The notes below the pieces were generated by a model that had not been told where the DNA came from, made no database searches, and saw only the letters and a list, made by a program, of their open reading frames with translations. From Antedon mediterranea (taxonomy: Eukaryota; Animalia; Echinodermata), in contig NC_092677.1 of the NCBI RefSeq assembly GCF_964355755.1, positions 11,864,101 to 11,928,100 of the forward strand: a DNA stretch of 64,000 nt. Direction: 5' to 3'. Below, in pieces: positions 62,706 through 64,000 of this stretch (positions within the stretch are counted from its first letter, which is position 1; every line of letters starts with the position of its first letter). The translations under genes and the position numbers were made by a program.

Positions 62706-63689
62706 CTACCGTTCATATATATATATATAAATAATTTATTAATCCAGTGTAAGAGGATAGATGACGAAAATTGTAAAAATCATATGTTTATCATTTTATA
62801 GGTGGTAATATTATATAATTTGATGTGTATAATATTGATACCGAAATATCTAAAGTAAGTACATAAACTGTTCTCAGAAATGAATGTATGTGATTGTATG
62901 GCCATGAACAAAACTACATGTAAATTTGATATCAGCACCTGCTATCATTCAACCCACTCTTTCCTGCTATTCTATTCTATATCAATATAAAAATGTATAT
63001 TTAAACATTGTTTTAAAAAGTAGTTTTCAAAAAACAGTAAAAAAAATAACTGGGGAACGGAAAAGGAGACCAAGCTAATGAAATTGGCGTTTTTTGCATT
63101 CACTTTTTGTGAACATTTTGATGGTAGTTGACAGCAAACCATTTTTGTGCATATAAAAACATAGAATTCATCTTGGACCACATAATTGTACCATATTTTA
63201 AATATTTAAAAACATATTTTTAAAATTGTTAAAGAAAGAAAACGATAGTTCCAAGACATTGACATTTTAATATTGCAAAAATTAAATGTACTACGGAGAT
63301 AAAACAGGGTCAATACCCTCAACCAAAAATTACATCTTTCAATTGCTTTATACTTCAATGGGTGATTTGAAAATGAATTAATGATTGATAGGTTGACTGA
63401 CTGACAGAATCTATTAAATAATTTCTTATAAAAGATTGTCAAACATCCAAATATGTGTCATTAGTAGCCTATTTTACATTCTATGTTGGTGATTTAAAAG
63501 CAAGTGTAGTGTACTGTAGATTCTTATGTAGTTGTAGACTTCCTAAATCATTCTTATTCTCTATTATGGTATTTATCAGTTTATCAGTTAGCTATGTTGG
63601 TAGTAATAAAAGTTACTATAGTATTATACTATCACTACAGTTAGCCATTTTTAGCCCAAGATTCGTGGCTTCCATAACAAGGTGTTTGA

Positions 63690-63890
63690 ACTGGTAGGGT
63701 TGTTCAGCTCATTGATTAATGACAGGGGCTGAAATGGACCATAACTCTTTTCGAAAATGCACTCGGTTTTTTAAAGCGCACACAGGCAGAAGTGTACAAG
63801 GGACAGTGGAACAAGACACGACTTGTTCTACAGTACCACCAACAATATGGCATTGAACCTATGCTGATATTATGGCTTGGTCACTCAATA
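63690..63890 (-). mobile_element. SINE remnant, same family as 21105
   Basis: Reverse complement reads GAGTGACCAAGCCATAATATCAGCATAGGTTCAA...GTAGAACAAGTCG, matching the 21105 copy. Confidence 0.5.
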
Positions 63891-64000
63891 TAGTATCCCT
63901 AAGGTCCTGTTTCTGCTGCAAAAAATAACTGGTTAATAATTATTCTTTGGAGCAGAAACACGACAAATTTTTCAGTGTTAGAACTCCTGTTAACTGGTTA

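Noticed and set aside
59752-64000. Possible first exon or promoter of the large gene
   Set aside because: No signal-peptide exon or further EGF exon was recognisable. Exon 59626-59751 begins with a phase 1 acceptor, so this is most likely a long repeat-rich intron.

Overview
AT-rich animal genomic DNA, probably a marine invertebrate (inferred from gene and repeat content). Nearly the whole window (24-59751) is the internal part of one very large minus-strand gene. By reading GT-AG boundaries by hand I resolve about 130 short exons (about 17.1 kb of coding sequence, about 5,700 aa; no start or stop codon in the window). N to C they encode a region rich in calcium-binding EGF domains, 10 short EGFs, one Ig, one Frizzled-type cysteine-rich domain, then a long alternating [EGF]1-3-[Ig] array. 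Totals are about 68 EGF-like domains and 32 complete Ig domains, 28 of them split into two half-domain exons. Every exon is phase 1-1 with a length divisible by 3, except one 28+290 nt pair. Introns carry: a young full-length Gmr1-type Ty3/gypsy LTR retrotransposon (47754-53697, + strand, SCAN-like Gag, integrase before RT, one in-frame TAG) inserted into a MITE; about 12 copies or fragments of a PIF/Harbinger-like MITE; a 1.08 kb hAT-like non-autonomous element; tRNA-derived SINE remnants; three 26-30 bp palindromes with 7-bp target duplications that look like P-type transposon excision footprints; and several tandem or foldback repeats. All coordinates, counts and alignments were made by eye and may be off by a few bases.
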